Below, in pieces: positions 1 to 13,372 of a stretch of DNA of 64,000 nt; position 1 is the first letter of the stretch; the number at the start of each line of letters is the position of its first letter. The DNA lies in assembly GCA_054600435.1 (NCBI GenBank), contig BAAIJX010000031.1, forward strand, positions 1 through 64,000, given 5' to 3'. Both the position numbers and the translations under genes were made by a program. This DNA is from Neophaeotheca triangularis. Its lineage: Eukaryota. The notes under the pieces are model-generated. The model was not told the origin of the DNA and did not search any database. It worked only from the letters and a program-made list of their open reading frames with translations.

Positions 1-858
1 CCCGCCGCCCCCCGCCCCGCTGGCGCCGCCGGGGCGGCCGGGGGCCCCCCCCCCCACTGGGAAAACACCTGGTCGTTTGTGGTTAAGATCAAGACTAAGA
101 CCAAGACCAGGGCCAATAGTTTCTGGTGGCCTGGTCTTGTGTTGCCTTCCTTTTTTTTTCTTTTTTTTGGTCTGTTTTACCTACAGAACTACATGCCTGC
201 TTGCTTGTATGATTGGGTTGGTAGGTGCTTTGCGAGGGGACGGGACCGGCGGGGGGGTTGCGGTTGTGAGACGGACAGCTTTTTGATATGGGGGGAGAAG
301 GGGGAATTGTTATTATAGAGGTATTTGTTGCTTGATGCTGTAGAATTAGATCCATGGCCTGTGCTAACATAGTCGGGCGGAATTATTATTATTATTGGAA
401 GGAAGGACGGAAACAAAGGCTTGCCCGGCATGGCTGGCGTGACCACTGCAGTCTGCACGCTGTCGCTGGATTTAGACATGAGTACGAATTACCACCTCCT
501 ATTCGTACTCCCTTCCCTTTCCCTCGTCCCCCCTAATAATAAGTAAGCATCACCCGACGCACCGGCTCTGCACACCCTGTCAGCGCCTTGATTTTCCCGG
601 CCCAATTTATCTTGCAGCCTGTGCGTACATGCGCAGTGTCACCTTTACCGGAACGCCTATTTTCCTTTTTTTTTTTCCTTTTCTTCCCATTCTTTAGTAG
701 TTGATTCATTCGCCGCCGTTCTCGGGACCTCAGTCGGTTGAGAGGAGGCACACCATCACTACGTACCCAGGCCTATCCTATTTGATATTGACTACCTGCA
801 GGCTAAGGCGGCGGCGGCGCGCTCGTGTTTCTTCTTGGCGCGGATACGGCAGTAGTAT

Positions 859-1237
859 GGTAGTTGTAGTTGTAGTGGTAGTGGTAGTGGTAGTGTTTTG
901 TTCTTGTTCTTGTTATTATTGTTGTTGTTGTTGTTGTTTACCTACAGTACAGCATATAGTGTTTGTGTCATGCCACCTGCATGTTCTTGGCCGGTCTCCA
1001 TTCATTCTCACGTGTCGATGATCGACCGACTCGCGTTGACCCGAGCCATGGATGGGCCATGTTGCCGCTGCTTCTCCGCCTGCTTAAACTCGACAAACCT
1101 GACCTGACAAGAATAACAATGATCATGATTATGATGATAATAATAATAATAATAATAATGACATTTACTACGTTTTGCTGTATGAGATAGTCATACCTAT
1201 AGTACCTACACATTATTATTATTATTATTATTATTAT
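859..1237. repeat. Cluster of trinucleotide microsatellites: (GTAGTT/GTAGTG), (TGT)n, (ATG/ATA)n, (TAT)n
   Basis: Visible tandem triplets at about 859-895, 919-938, 1118-1160 and 1213-1237, upstream of the Zn2Cys6 gene. Confidence 0.9.
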
Positions 1238-1686
1238 TCCCTACCTACCTTGTATCTTGCACTTCACTCCACTCTGCCAGTGACTACTGTCACTAGGTAC
1301 TCCCACTTTTGGTTCAGAGTGGATCCCTACCATCTGCCATCCCCACGATTGTCTACCTCACCTAACTTAACTTACCTTGGGTACCCTACCTTACCTAACC
1401 TTCCCGTCCTGTTCATGACCTCGGAGGGCCCGAGCTACCTTAGGTGCCTACCCGCCGCCCCCTTGGCGTCCCCGTTCACCACTGGACATCACATCGTCTT
1501 CGCAGTCGTCTCGTCTCGTCTTTCCCCTCTTCACTCGACACTAGTCACTCGTCACTCGTCACTCGACACCCCCCAACAGTCAGGCGTCGGGGTAGCAGCG
1601 AAATGTCGGCGGCTTCTTACACTCGAGATAGCAACTGATTGCAGCAGAAGCAGCTATCACAATCACCAATCACCAATCAATCCCGC

Positions 1687-4600
1687 ATGGCTGCTCCAGG
1701 CTCTCAGAACGAGCCCAAGGCTTCCCCATGCCAACCTCAATCTCAATCTCAGTCTCAATTTCAGTCCCACCAGAGACGACAGTCGACAACTTCCGCAAAT
1801 GCCGAGTGCAAGACCGAAGAAGCCGAAGCTGCCTTGAAGGCACGCCTGTCGAGGAAGCGAACCAAAACCGGTTGTCTGACCTGCAGACGACGTCGCATCA
1901 AGTGCGGCGAAGAGCGACCCGTCTGCCGGAACTGTATCAAAAGCAAGCGCCATTGCGAAGGTTACAACCAGCGCGTCGTCTTCAAGCCCCCGCACTTCGA
2001 CTTTCGCCAGGTCCCCAATGGCGGCGCTCATGTTACTTTCCAGCTTGGTACCCGTCCTGCCTCCCTGGCGCCAATGTACGCGGCTGAGTATGGAGCGCAG
2101 AGTTCCTTTCCGCCACACCTCATGCCTCGTCCGATGGGCTTCATGGATCACCAGCACTCTGGTCTTCAAGGCCTGCCAAATGATCAATTGTCTCAGGTAG
2201 ACTACACGCAGTCGCAGCCCCAATCCCTGCAGGAGGCCCTCTTCCAGGCACATCCATCCTTTCAAGGGAGTCAATCGCAATTCCACTATGGATCTCAGCA
2301 TGCGCCGGCCTCGTCCCTGCCAGCTTTTGATCCCTTGCAATCCCAGATGCAAATCCCACACAGCGCCCAGGATGGTGTTCACGACCAGAGCAATCCGCTG
2401 TGGCAGCACGCGGCGTTTCCCTCGGCGACAGGGCCTACAGCCTACATCTCTCCACCCATGACGGCCTCACAAGCTCCTCAGCTGAAACAGGAATACACAT
2501 GGCACAACGAAACCCCGGCTGCCGTATCTGCTGCAACAACATCTGCACCGCCGTCTGCTGAGCTTCCGACCGCACCCCTCAAGCAAGAAACGCCAGCGAC
2601 ACAGGCGACACCTCAGCAATGGATCTCTCCGTCACATCTGCCAGATCAACTTCCTCAAACTACCAACCTCGAACACTTTCAGCCTTCAACAGAGTGGTCC
2701 TCTATTGACCAACCTCAAGTCACGTTGCCTATACTACCCACCAACCACCAATTCGACTATTTCCCGCCAGAGCTTTACGAGCATGAATTGCAGGCGCCAA
2801 CTTACGCGACACCAACCGAAGTACTCAACGCGGCCGCGGTCGAGTCGCACGACGATAACTACTTTGACGTCGACTCTGACGAAGACATGGAGACAGACAA
2901 AGTAGCATTGTACGCAAAAGCCAACGGACAGCAGGAGACGTTGACGCAAATTCTTGCCATGAATCAGATCAACGTCCACGACTTGCAATCCCGCACCTAC
3001 GACACTTTCCTTTACCACGGCATTTTGGATACTTACCGAGTGGAGCAAGTCGCCAACCCACTCAATAACCCCGCCACGGCTCGCATCTTTGCCCATTTCA
3101 TCTCTGCCACCGGTCCTATGTTGTCAATTTTCCAACGACAACCGCTCAATTCTTCGGTCCTCTTCACACAAGGCCGCATACCTTTCGCTCAGCAGGGTCT
3201 ATGGACTTACACAATGCCCATGGCAGCCCTCCACCACCAGGGCTTACTCCATGCCATGCTGGCGCTAGCGAGCTTACACATTGCAAGGCTACAGGGTGCT
3301 CCCGTCACCTCTTCGATGAAGCACTACGCCTGGGCTCTCAAGCGCATCCACCACTGCGTCGGACATCCGAAGAAGCGTCTGCAGCTCACGACCATTGCCG
3401 CTTCCATGCTATTGGGGTTTTACGAGATCATGACAGCCGACCACATGAAGTGGAATTCACATCTAATGGGCGCCAAGCAGCTGTTCGTGGAGACAGACTT
3501 TGCCGGCATGGCCAAGCAATTCCGATCCTTGAAGCGTGAACGAGCGTTGCGGTTTCATCAGGGAGGATACCTCGACCCGCAACCTCAGGACGAGCTTTTG
3601 GATCAAATGTCCGATGTCGATGATCGGGCGATTAGTGTGATAACAGGCCGAGAGGTCCGCTATGATGATGTCGGTCGGATTTTGACGCCTGGACTTAAGA
3701 TGCCGCAAAGTTTGGATTTGAGCAAATGGGAGGTCCTGAAGGATTTGTATTGGTGGTATTGCAAGCAGGATGTTTATCAGAGTATTGTTAGCGGTAATCC
3801 GCTGCTGTGAGTTTCTCCTTTGCCGTGAGTGTCAAGGAACGGGGCTGACGCGATGTAGTATGGACTACAGCAGATGGGCAGACTGCCCACCAAGAGCGCC
3901 CCTCGGAAGAGCAGACCTTGTGCACGGATCGTTTGATCATTTGATACTTCTCCTCGGTCGCATTGCACATTTCGCGTCCAAGGATCGAGCCAGGAAGTTA
4001 CGTCAGATGGAAGCTAATGGCGGGCAGTGGAGACCGGCGCCGGGCATGAATGTCCCCCGGCCGCCAGGAGCTCCTACTGGGTCCTCTCCAAGCAGTGGCC
4101 AGGGGCCAAACGGGCCTCACGGGCCTCAACGTCCAGGCGCTGGTGTTGGTGCCGGTGGTCCGCCTCCCATGCCACCTTTTTACGGCATGGCTCCTCCACC
4201 GCCTCCGAACGCCACTATGCCTTCAAGCTACGCAAAGGGTACGAACCCCCACCAGAGTCCTCTGCAGAACTCTCAAGAAGGGCAGATGAACCTCGAAGCT
4301 GCCACGGCTGCCGCGCTGGAAGAGTACGACCAAATCCGCTCTGCCCTACATATGTTCGCAACCAGCTTGGGCGAGGCATTTGAGCCTCTCTCGCCCGAAC
4401 ATCATTCCCCCATGCCCACGCCATTCGGTAACGCCATATTTTACCGTTCATACGACATTGGCTGCCTCTGGGCACAATTCAACATGGCCACCATCATCGT
4501 CATTCGCTCCCACCCCCACATGCCGCCCGCAGCACACATGGCCATCGGCATCGCCGCCCAAGAAACAGCCCCCCACGCCAACGAAATCGGCCGCATCGTC

Positions 4601-5056
4601 GCCGCCATCGTCCCTGGCCCACTCGACCAACCCCTCAACCCTGTGCTCGGTTCCGCTCTCACCGAAACCTGCATGCCCTCTTTCTTTGCCGCCGTGCAGT
4701 ACCAACGCCCCGACCAACGCCACCAAACCATCCTCCGCATGTACAACATCAGCCAGCAAACCGGCTGGGGCACGGCTGAAGTCATAGCGAGCGGCTGCGA
4801 GACGTCGTGGGTGCGGGCCGCGGAAGCCGGTCGCGGCCCGCCGTACCAGCGCATGATGCGTTCCCTCGCGAGCTCCCAGTCTAGCGACGATCCAAGGTTG
4901 AACGGCAGGTGGGAAAAGCTCGACCCCAATTCCGCGCCAGACGAGGACGACGATGGCGACAGGCGGTTGGTGAGGATGAAGCCGATTTCACGCGTCACGT
5001 GGGCCATTGGCATCATGGGGACTGAAGACGATGTGCGGGATGATCATAAGCGGTGA
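1687..5056 (+). CDS. Zn(II)2Cys6 transcription factor with C-terminal fungal-specific TF domain; exons 1687-3806, 3859-5056
   Basis: Binuclear cluster RKRTKTGCLTCRRRRIKCGEERPVCRNCIKSKRHCEGY; LLHAMLALASLH-type middle region; intron GTGAGT(3807)..GCTGAC..TAG(3858) joins the two long ORFs in frame (NPLL|MDYSRW). Confidence 0.93.
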
Positions 5057-5108
5057 TTTATGACAAGAGTACATAGAGCCTCGACGACCAATAAACCATA
5101 TAAACACG

Positions 5109-5340
5109 CATCCATCCATCCATCAATTCACCAATCAATCAATGCATACATCTATTTATCAACCAATGCATCAATGCATCTATCCGTCCATCAATCCATC
5201 CATTCATCCATCCATCAATCCATCCATCAATCCATCCATCCATCAATCCATCCATCAATCCATCAATCCATCCATCAATTCATCCATCAATCCATCCATC
5301 AACCCATCCATCAACCCATCCATCCATCCCTACCCATCCA
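5109..5340. repeat. Imperfect tetranucleotide microsatellite (CCAT/CAAT)n
   Basis: About 230 bp of ATCC/ATCA units between two convergent genes. Confidence 0.92.
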
Positions 5341-5356
5341 ACCCCCTCCCATCTAT

Positions 5357-6031
5357 CTAAGCCTTCTCCCCATCCATAACCCCCTCCTCCCCAACTCTAC
5401 CCATAAACCTAGTAACCCGCCTAGCAACCCTCCAAACCCCTCCCCTCTCCCTCCTCTCCTCCCCATCCTCAGCCTCCCAATCACAAACCAAGAAATCCAC
5501 ATACTCGCCATACGCAACCACATTCGAGCCCTCCCACCGGCCCCTGCCGAAATGGATCCCAGTAAAATAAGTCCGGACTTCCGCAGCCTCGGGCAAAACC
5601 CCCTCGTCGGGGCGTGAGTGCGGGTACTTGAGAACAACCGTCTGCGTGCCGAGCGAATGCTGCGAACTCACGGGCGCCAACCTATGCAATCGCACGCATG
5701 CATGCATTGTCAGAAATAGAAAGAAAAAAGAGCTCTTCAACAACGAGCCTCAACCCATCAGACTATTCCCTCGCTCGCTGGCTCACACGCACCTCGACGA
5801 TAGAGGAGGTGTGGGGGTTTGGTGGGGTGCTGTTTTGGACTTTGTTGTCGCTGGGGGTGTGGTAGGAGGGGCGGGGGTGATGGGGTTGGTGGTTTTGTGG
5901 TTTTGGTGGTTGGGGTTTTGGTGATGAGGAGTTTGGGTTTGTTTTGTTTGGGTTGGGTTGGGTTGGGTTGTTTGGGTTGCTGAGTTGTTATCTTTTTTCC
6001 CGTAAAATGTTTGGATTGATATTAATATCAT
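5357..6031 (-). CDS. SnoaL-like/NTF2-fold small protein; C-terminal exon 5681-5357 is supported, putative 5' exon 6031-5793 is low-complexity
   Basis: [16 protein letters not shown]...[13 protein letters not shown]...AYGEYVD...[12 protein letters not shown] resembles the C-terminal half of SnoaL-like proteins; intron GTGCGT(5792)..CTGAC..TAG(5682) is in frame with the upstream ORF. Confidence 0.6.
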
Positions 6032-6447
6032 GTGGAAGTTAGAGGTGTCGTCTGTGTCGGATTGGGGAGCCGATGACGGCCGGGGTTCTTGAGTGAGGGA
6101 ATTAAAGTTTCAACCGTCGACAAGACGCACATGGCTACTTTCCAGCGATGCAAGTACCACGATTTAGTATCAGGCACGCATTGCCAATATACATTGCAAC
6201 ATCAATGGGCGATGACGAGAGGCTTTTAGTGTTTTAATGTGATAAGTTTGATTCAGGAAGCCTGATAGCACTCACAACGCTCAGGAAACAGGAAATGCTC
6301 TACTGTAAATAAGTCCTCACAGTCTACATCCAAGCAATTCGCTCGATCATAGAGATGACCCGACATCAACGACTCAAACACCAAATCGTCTCCCAATCAC
6401 ACTTCCCCCAAACCCTCATTCTCAAATTTTCCATCCCCCACCCCCTC

Positions 6448-8190
6448 CTACCCACCCCCACCCCTCAAAACCTCAACCACCTCTTCATCAACCAAAGGCC
6501 CGGAATACTCCCCCCTGCCCCTCCAAATATACCACCCCGCACTAAAGATCAATACCCCCCCAGTCACGACGACACTATAATTCATAGACTCGGCCGTCAC
6601 GGGCGTAGCCGGTGGCCAGACGCTCCAGAAAATTACAAACCCCATGTAAGCGCACGCGTACACGTTGTTGGCGATGCCCGGCCAGCCTGGAAGGTGCCAG
6701 GGGCCCCAGGTTAGGGGGACGGGGGGTAGGGGTTGCGGGCCTTGGTGGGGGATGGGGCTGGGGCTTTGGGGGCGGGGGGTTTTGGTTGTGATTGGGGGGG
6801 AGGAAGGGTGGGCTGGGGTTTCGTCGTCTTTTGTCGCGCTGGGGAGGGTGATGGAGCCTTTGATGCGGTGGTTGAGGAGGAAGGCTGCGGGGATCAGGTA
6901 GGAGCCGTAGAAGCCGGTGATGGTTAGGGAGACGACGTCGTTGAAAGCCGTCGAGCTGCCGATATAGATGCAAGTCAGGAGGGCCGCCAGACCGGTGACT
7001 GCGAAGACTGCGCGAACGGGGACTTTGGTGCGCGGGTTGACTTGCATGAGGAAATCTGCAAAGGGCACGCCGCGGTCGCGGGCAAAGGACCAGGCCATGC
7101 GGGAGGCGGTTGTCGTGATGCCGGTTGCGCAGGCCCAGGTGAGGGCGAGGACTAGTGCGGCCATGACGGTGGCGCCGGCGGTGTTGCGGACGCTGTCGGA
7201 GAAGATTTGGATAAAGGGGAAGCCGGTGGGCGTGTTGAGGACTTGTTCGATGTCGTTTAGGCAGTAGAGGATTGTTATCATCATTGCGAAGCCAACTGCG
7301 CCGTTGATGAGCATTGCCGATAAGATTGCTCTAGGGATGTTGAGAGCGGCGTTTGAGACTTCTTCGGCCAGGTGCACGCTTGCATCGGCGCCCACGAACG
7401 TTGCCACATTGCCCAAGAAGCCAACGCAGTACGAAAGACCTTGAGTCGGCCAACCACCGGTATTGAGGCTGGTTCGCCAAACCGTCTCATTCGACGCAAA
7501 CGAAGGCGTCATGACCAGCAAAGTGACGAGAATCGCGACAAACCCAGCAAGATGAAAGACCAAGATGAACACCTCAAACCTAGGCAGCCAGTTCGGAATG
7601 ACGACGTTGATAAAGATGCAAACCGCAATGACCGCCCAAGTCAACAAAGTCCCCTGATACTGCTGACTGTCGTAAGATGGGTAATCGAGCACGAGAATGC
7701 CCTGGATGATGGTGCCAGCAAACAGCGTCTCGGTCGCAACGGTAGCCACCCAGGCGAGCGTCGTCAGCCAGCCGATCAAATAGCTCGCGATGCGCTTGTA
7801 CTCGGGGGGAGCTAGCATATACCTGTCGCCGAGGAATCAGCAATGGAGCTCAGCCGGACACGAATAATGTAGCACTTACACCCAATAATACTGGCCCCCT
7901 GAAATCGGAGCCATGGACGCCAGTTCCGAGATAACAGTATACACAGACAGGGTCGAAAACCAAGCGATAATAAAACCATAGACCGCGCCAGCGGGGCCGC
8001 CATTTTCAAAAGCCTCGCTAAACAACGCGAGCGTCGTTTCCCAAGTTATCAGCTCGCAGACTGCGAAAGCGAACAGCGAGAAGAAACCAAAGCGGCGTTT
8101 AAGGACTTGTTTTTTGCCAAGGAGGGCCAGAGTGGCGCTGTCGGTTTCCTGGAGACTCGCTCTGCGGTCGGGGGTTGGTGGGTGGGCCAT
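6448..8190 (-). CDS. APC-superfamily amino acid/choline/GABA permease; exons 8190-7880, 7822-6448
   Basis: LKRRFGFFSL, NGGPAGAVYG, ELASMAPISGGQYYWV|YMLAP, ASVHLAEEV, SRMAWSFARDRGVP; many hydrophobic TM segments; intron GTAAGT(7879)..CAG(7823). Confidence 0.93.
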
Positions 8191-10025
8191 GCTAGGCCCT
8201 GGACAGGTTGGTGTCTTTTAGAAAGTCGACTTGTAACTAGGTTGTGGTCGGTTTCTTTCAACGGATTGCCTTCAAAAGGAGGCAGAAGAATGCCGCAACG
8301 AAGTCCATGGGCTGCTTGCGGTCTGCGAGGGATTGCGCTTTCGACGTTGTACGGACAAACCTGCCCAAGCTGCTCGAAGAGAGATAGAAGTACTGATATA
8401 ACGGAAACGGAAACCTGTAGCGCGCGGCACAAAGTCGTAAAAAGGAGGTCGAACGGAAGCAAAAAGGCAGAAAATGAAACCTATGAGTAGAAGAATGTAC
8501 GTTACTACAGCCGTTTCCCGGCGGGGGGTTTCTGAAAGTTCAATCGATCCAAACCCACTCGGCATCTCGTCAGCTACGTAGACAGTGCAGGCAGAACATA
8601 CCGTCAACTTTTGTGATTATGCTCTCCGGCAGCGATTCAACATTGAGATTTGGTTTGATCTGATATCCGGCGTCAAGGATCAACCGTGACCACTGACAAG
8701 GCCAGCGGTCGGTTTCGTGCCCTTCGTGATCGTTCCAGTCGTTCTCCATCTCGAGATTGAGTGCCTGAGTTTACCTCGGCTAGATGTCGCTGGCTGGCCC
8801 GTTGTCCGGTAAAGATCGTTCGTGGGGGAGCGATGCGTTCAGATTGCGGTCAACATGGTCGATCTCAGTCGTGCTCACACCGCTGGGGATTGGCCAAGTG
8901 GCTGCCCACCACCGAGATGAACGAGGGACGTCGAGCAGTTGCAGTGTGAACCTGGCGGGTGAGGTTCAGATCAGACCTCCCTTGGCAAAGCTTTGCGCCC
9001 TTGGCTCACCCGCTTGGCAGGGCATAATAGGGCAGCTTCACAATGCAATTGACATGTCTTTCGAGCAGACAAGAAGAGGCTGGAGGTAATTGAAACAACG
9101 CGCAGGACATGACTAAAAAGAGGTCAAGAGCTATAGACAGCTAAAGCTAGATAGACACCAGTAGCCGGCTGAAGATGATGAGTAGCTGTTGCACGCAGAG
9201 GCATATCGGTCCTAGCACACCACACCTCAGCATCTACCCAAGCTCTGCCTTCTTCGTTTCATTCGTGAACGACCCACGGCACCCCGCAAGCAATCCGCTC
9301 TCGACCTCAAACTCCACAACTTCCATCCGATGATGAGCTCGCGCCCATATTTCGTGTACAGTCCTCTCGCGTTGTGTGCACTCCATACTCCTTCGCCTGC
9401 TGCGCACTTTTCCCCCTTCTACCCTTCTCGTTGCCGTATCGCGTCGCATCTGAGAAAACAAAGCTTCGAGCGCAAGCAAAAAGCCCCCCACGCCGTGCAA
9501 TCGAGTCAGCGAGGGAAGGGCCAGTACGAGCAAGAATCTGATACCACGATTCAAAGCCACTCGAAGGGCGAGAGCAAGAAACAGTGACACGGACTCTATC
9601 GTCGTCGGCTCCACGTCCCCCACCAGCAAACGCTCCCTCACTCCCATATGTCTATAGTCTATGCTTTCATTTCGTTATGTGTAGTACTCGTGAAACAATG
9701 TCGCCTCTCCACCTCGTCATCTCGAAACTCCGGAAAAGCAGATAACAGAATAGGAAAGAGAGGAGGGGGAAAAAAAACAGACTCTCCTTCCAACTCGCAA
9801 TGTTTTTTGGTGGTCACTTAGACGCCTTCGCCGCCCGCTTGCTCGCTCATGATCGTGAAATCTTTTTCCGTGTATGCCCCGCCCCGTAGTGGAAATTGCT
9901 TTTACGTTAGCTCGTGCCTCGAATCGAAAAGGATCGAAAAGGAGAAGTGAACGTCTTGTGACAAGTCTGTGATCATGATTTCAGTCGTGTTCGGGTCGTG
10001 TGGATGATTGTGGCTTTGAGCGCCG

Positions 10026-12022
10026 TCATGTCCGTACGCCGGCGATCATTCCGTCGACGGTGGAATTGTAGGGCTTGAAGAGGAGCTTCATGTTCAAAGT
10101 GAGGTTGTCGGTACCGTATGTCTCATCGATATCGCCTACACTGCCGAGATCCAAGCCGCGCGAGTTGTCATGCATGACAAACTGCTTGATCTTCTTCAAC
10201 AGCGCCATGGTCTGGGTGAAGCGCTGGTCAGCCGTGGCGGTCCAGTCTTGCGGCCGTGATGATTGTAAGAAAGAGCGTCCGAGGAAGAAGAAGTGCACGC
10301 CATCGCGGCTGAAGCCAAACCGCTTCGCAAGGTGGGACGGAGGGTATTGGATCTCCGTGTCTTGGTCCCAGGTCCGCTTCCACTTGTTGAGAGCCTTGTC
10401 CAGACGCTTTTTCTCTTGCTGCGCTTGCACATTGGCAATGGCAGGGCCGAAACCATCAGCGGTCGGCGTTCCGTGACCACTGTTGCTCCCGCTCGCGCCA
10501 CCGTTGTGCTGCTCCAGCCAATCGTTCTGAGACAATGGAGTCGCAGGTGCGCTCGAGCCAAGCCCAAAGCTAAAGCCCGGAAACGCACCGTCGGGTGAAT
10601 TGAGCTGGCGTTGCACGTTGATGATCTTCGTATTGAGGGCGTGAATCAATACAAACTTGGAGTAGGCATTTGTAGCGCCCGGTTGGAATGTGGCATTCGG
10701 CTCGAGAAGTGTGCGCATAGCTTCACGCATGCCCGGTTGTCGTGACTTGCGGGTCCCGGTCAAGTTTCTTTGCTGCGCTTCATGACCGTTCAGACCCAAG
10801 GCATTCACACATTCCCGATGGTCACGGGCGTCCCATGCAGCGTCGTCGGATGGCAATGGAAGACGTATCTCTAAGGGGTCAAATTGAGGCCTGCAGTTAA
10901 AATAGATCGCCATGGCTGCGTCCAGCAAGAACAGCAGATACATCGCCCTCGATCGCTTTTCCTGCTCCAGCCAGCCGCGCCAACAGAAATTGAATCGGTC
11001 AAACGCCGGGTCTGAGCTGCCGTGCGTGTGGTGAAGTGACGAATAGGCGTAGTGTCCAGGCTCGGCGGTCTGCATTAGTCGCATGGATTTGGCGATATGG
11101 CAGAGGGTCGGAAACTCATTCCTCGCTGCTTCCCTTTGGTGAGTATCGCCGTTCCACATGAACATACACTGGATCATGACCAGAGCTTGGAACTCCTCGA
11201 TATCCCAAGAACTATTGCCGAGGCCCTCCGTCTGGCCGCTAAGCGCTCTCTGATACGTATTGCTCTTGTTCTTGACAGTCTGAGCCACAAACTCCATCAT
11301 TTGACGTACTTGGTCAACATTGAACTTTGGGCTGTAGATTGCGCCGACGCAAATCATTGCCATCACAAGTCCATCGTTCGCATCCGTCAACTTGAAAGTC
11401 GGCATGTGAATAATGGGCCAATGACCCTGGAAACTCGTATAATGCTCGGCGAAGTGCTTGACGTTTTCCACGCTCAAGCACATCTGCACGGCCTCTGCAG
11501 CAGCGTGATCGACCGTGTTGGCGCCGTGTGGGAAACAAAACTCCATTAATCGATCAACTTTGGCTTGCAGTGGGTCGTCCATGCTCCAATTGGGAAACCC
11601 TGGGATGCCATGCTCGTTGTCGTGTTCCTCGCTCCCGAAAGCGCTCGGGTGCGAGTAGAGACTACCTAAAAAAGACTCCTGGTTGATGCTGCTTGGGTTG
11701 ATATCGAAATTGTTCTTCCCTTCCATGTCTTGCTCGGTTTTGATATATGTGTTGATTCCTTGCGAGCTCGCGTTCACAGGTTGGCTTCCACCGATGAAGC
11801 CATCCTGGCCAGTTTGATTGAACATACGGCTCCAGTCGGTCGACTGGGCGCCGTTGTCCCCGTTTGCGCCGTGAGATTGGGCGATGGGACTATTGTTGTG
11901 GCTGTTGCTGAATCGCGAGCTCTGCTGGCCTAAAAAAGACATCTGTTGAGCGTTGTTGTACATGTTGTTGCCCATTTGAGGGGCGTTGAAGGCGTAGTTG
12001 GACGGAGGTTGTCCGCCATTCT

Positions 12023-12053
<31 letters not shown>

Positions 12054-13372
12054 ATGCTGCTGATGCATTGCATACATGGCTGGGTTGTACGGGGCTGACG
12101 AGTTCATTGACTCGCCGTTGGAGCCGCCAGAGCCCATGATGCCCAAGGCGTTCAAGCTGTTTCGATGGCTCATAGCACCGGGATTAACGATACTGTTTGC
12201 TCTTGAAGTCCTGCCTGAAGCGTCGCCGTTAACAGTCGGGCTACTGCTGACGTTGTACGGTTGGCCGTTGACATCTGGAAGAGCTGCAAGGCCGATCGGT
12301 CCGTCTTGCTGGCTGATAGACAGCCTGTTGGAGCCGTTCGTGTTTCGCCGTTGATGCGCGAGGTGGTTTGCTCCCGTTGGATTACCTCTACGAATCGAGC
12401 ACTTTTGAAAGTGGCGCTTGAGGATATCACTGCGCGAGAATGTGTCTTTGCAGAGATGGCACATGTACGGTCGATCGCCGGTATCTGCGATTAATGTCAG
12501 CATGCTGCCTGATCGCGCCTGAAAAGCGAATACTTACGTCTGAGGAGATGGCGCTTGAGATGCTTGGCGTGCAAGTACGTCTTGTTGCAGTGAGGACAAG
12601 GAAATTTCCCGTCAGCATCTTTTTGGGGGATCATGCTCTTGGTGCTCTGCGCGGTGCCTTGGGCCGGAGGATTCGGACGTCCTGGCGCGCTAGGTAGGAT
12701 ACCGCGCCGCCCTTGTGACCCAACGACGTGTGTAGGCGCCTCTTCACTCTGCATAAATGACTGTTGACCCAGCTGTCCGATCTGGCCTGTCAGACTAGGA
12801 AGCCCCCCCAAGCCTGCCCCTACGCCCCCAGGCGGCATTGGTCGGATCGTTGGTAGACCGACCGAAGACGTCGAGGAAGGCATCGAAGTCGCGGTCGAGG
12901 ACGGGTACATTGAGCTCGACATGGTGTAGGGGTTGTAGGAAGACGGGGGCAGCATTGAACCAGACGCGCCGGCAGCCGGGGAATGCATGTGCGTGGGGAA
13001 GCCATTGGAGTTGTGGCCTTGTATGGAATTGGTTGTCGGTGTGTGTGGTGTAGTCGGCGTATGGGATTGGCTGCCCGGGTGCGCGTACGAGAGATTACCA
13101 AACTGCGCGAACCCGCCATTCTGACTCTGTAGCGGTGGGAGAGTGGGATGGTGATGATGTGCCGGTGAGTCTTGCTGCTGAGATTCCTGCTTGAAAGGTT
13201 GCTGCTGCTGCGACTGACCCGACAGGCTTCCGAACGAAGCAATGCTGGGCGCTTGAGGCGGCTGTTGAGGTGGAGCTTGTTGCTGTCGTTGTGGTTGTTG
13301 TTGTTGTTGATGGGCTGCGCCACCCTGAGCATAAGACATGTAACCCCCTTGGGGATTAAAATGATTTTCCAT
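10026..13372 (-). CDS. C2H2 zinc-finger transcription factor with fungal TF domain (RfeC-like from memory); exons 13372-12538, 12484-10026
   Basis: Two fingers, FPCPHCNKTYLHAKHLKRHLLR|HTGDRPYMCHLCKDTFSRSDILKRHFQKC, joined across intron GTAAGT(12537)..CTGAC..CAG(12485); WPIIHMPTF and RLPLPSDDAAWDA motifs; poly-Q tracts. Confidence 0.92.

Noticed and set aside
1..80. Extremely G/C-rich start with homopolymers, plus CCCACTGGGAAAAC faintly recalling fungal 5S rRNA
   Set aside because: Looks like low-quality contig-end sequence; the rest of a 5S gene is absent.
5060..5617. 185-aa ORF with IHQS/IHPS repeats
   Set aside because: It is the translation of the (CCAT/CAAT)n microsatellite plus the antisense of the SnoaL-like exon.
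6700..6850. G-rich tract (possible G-quadruplex) in the permease gene
   Set aside because: Encodes a Pro-rich loop in frame and fits the general skew pattern; no independent evidence of function.
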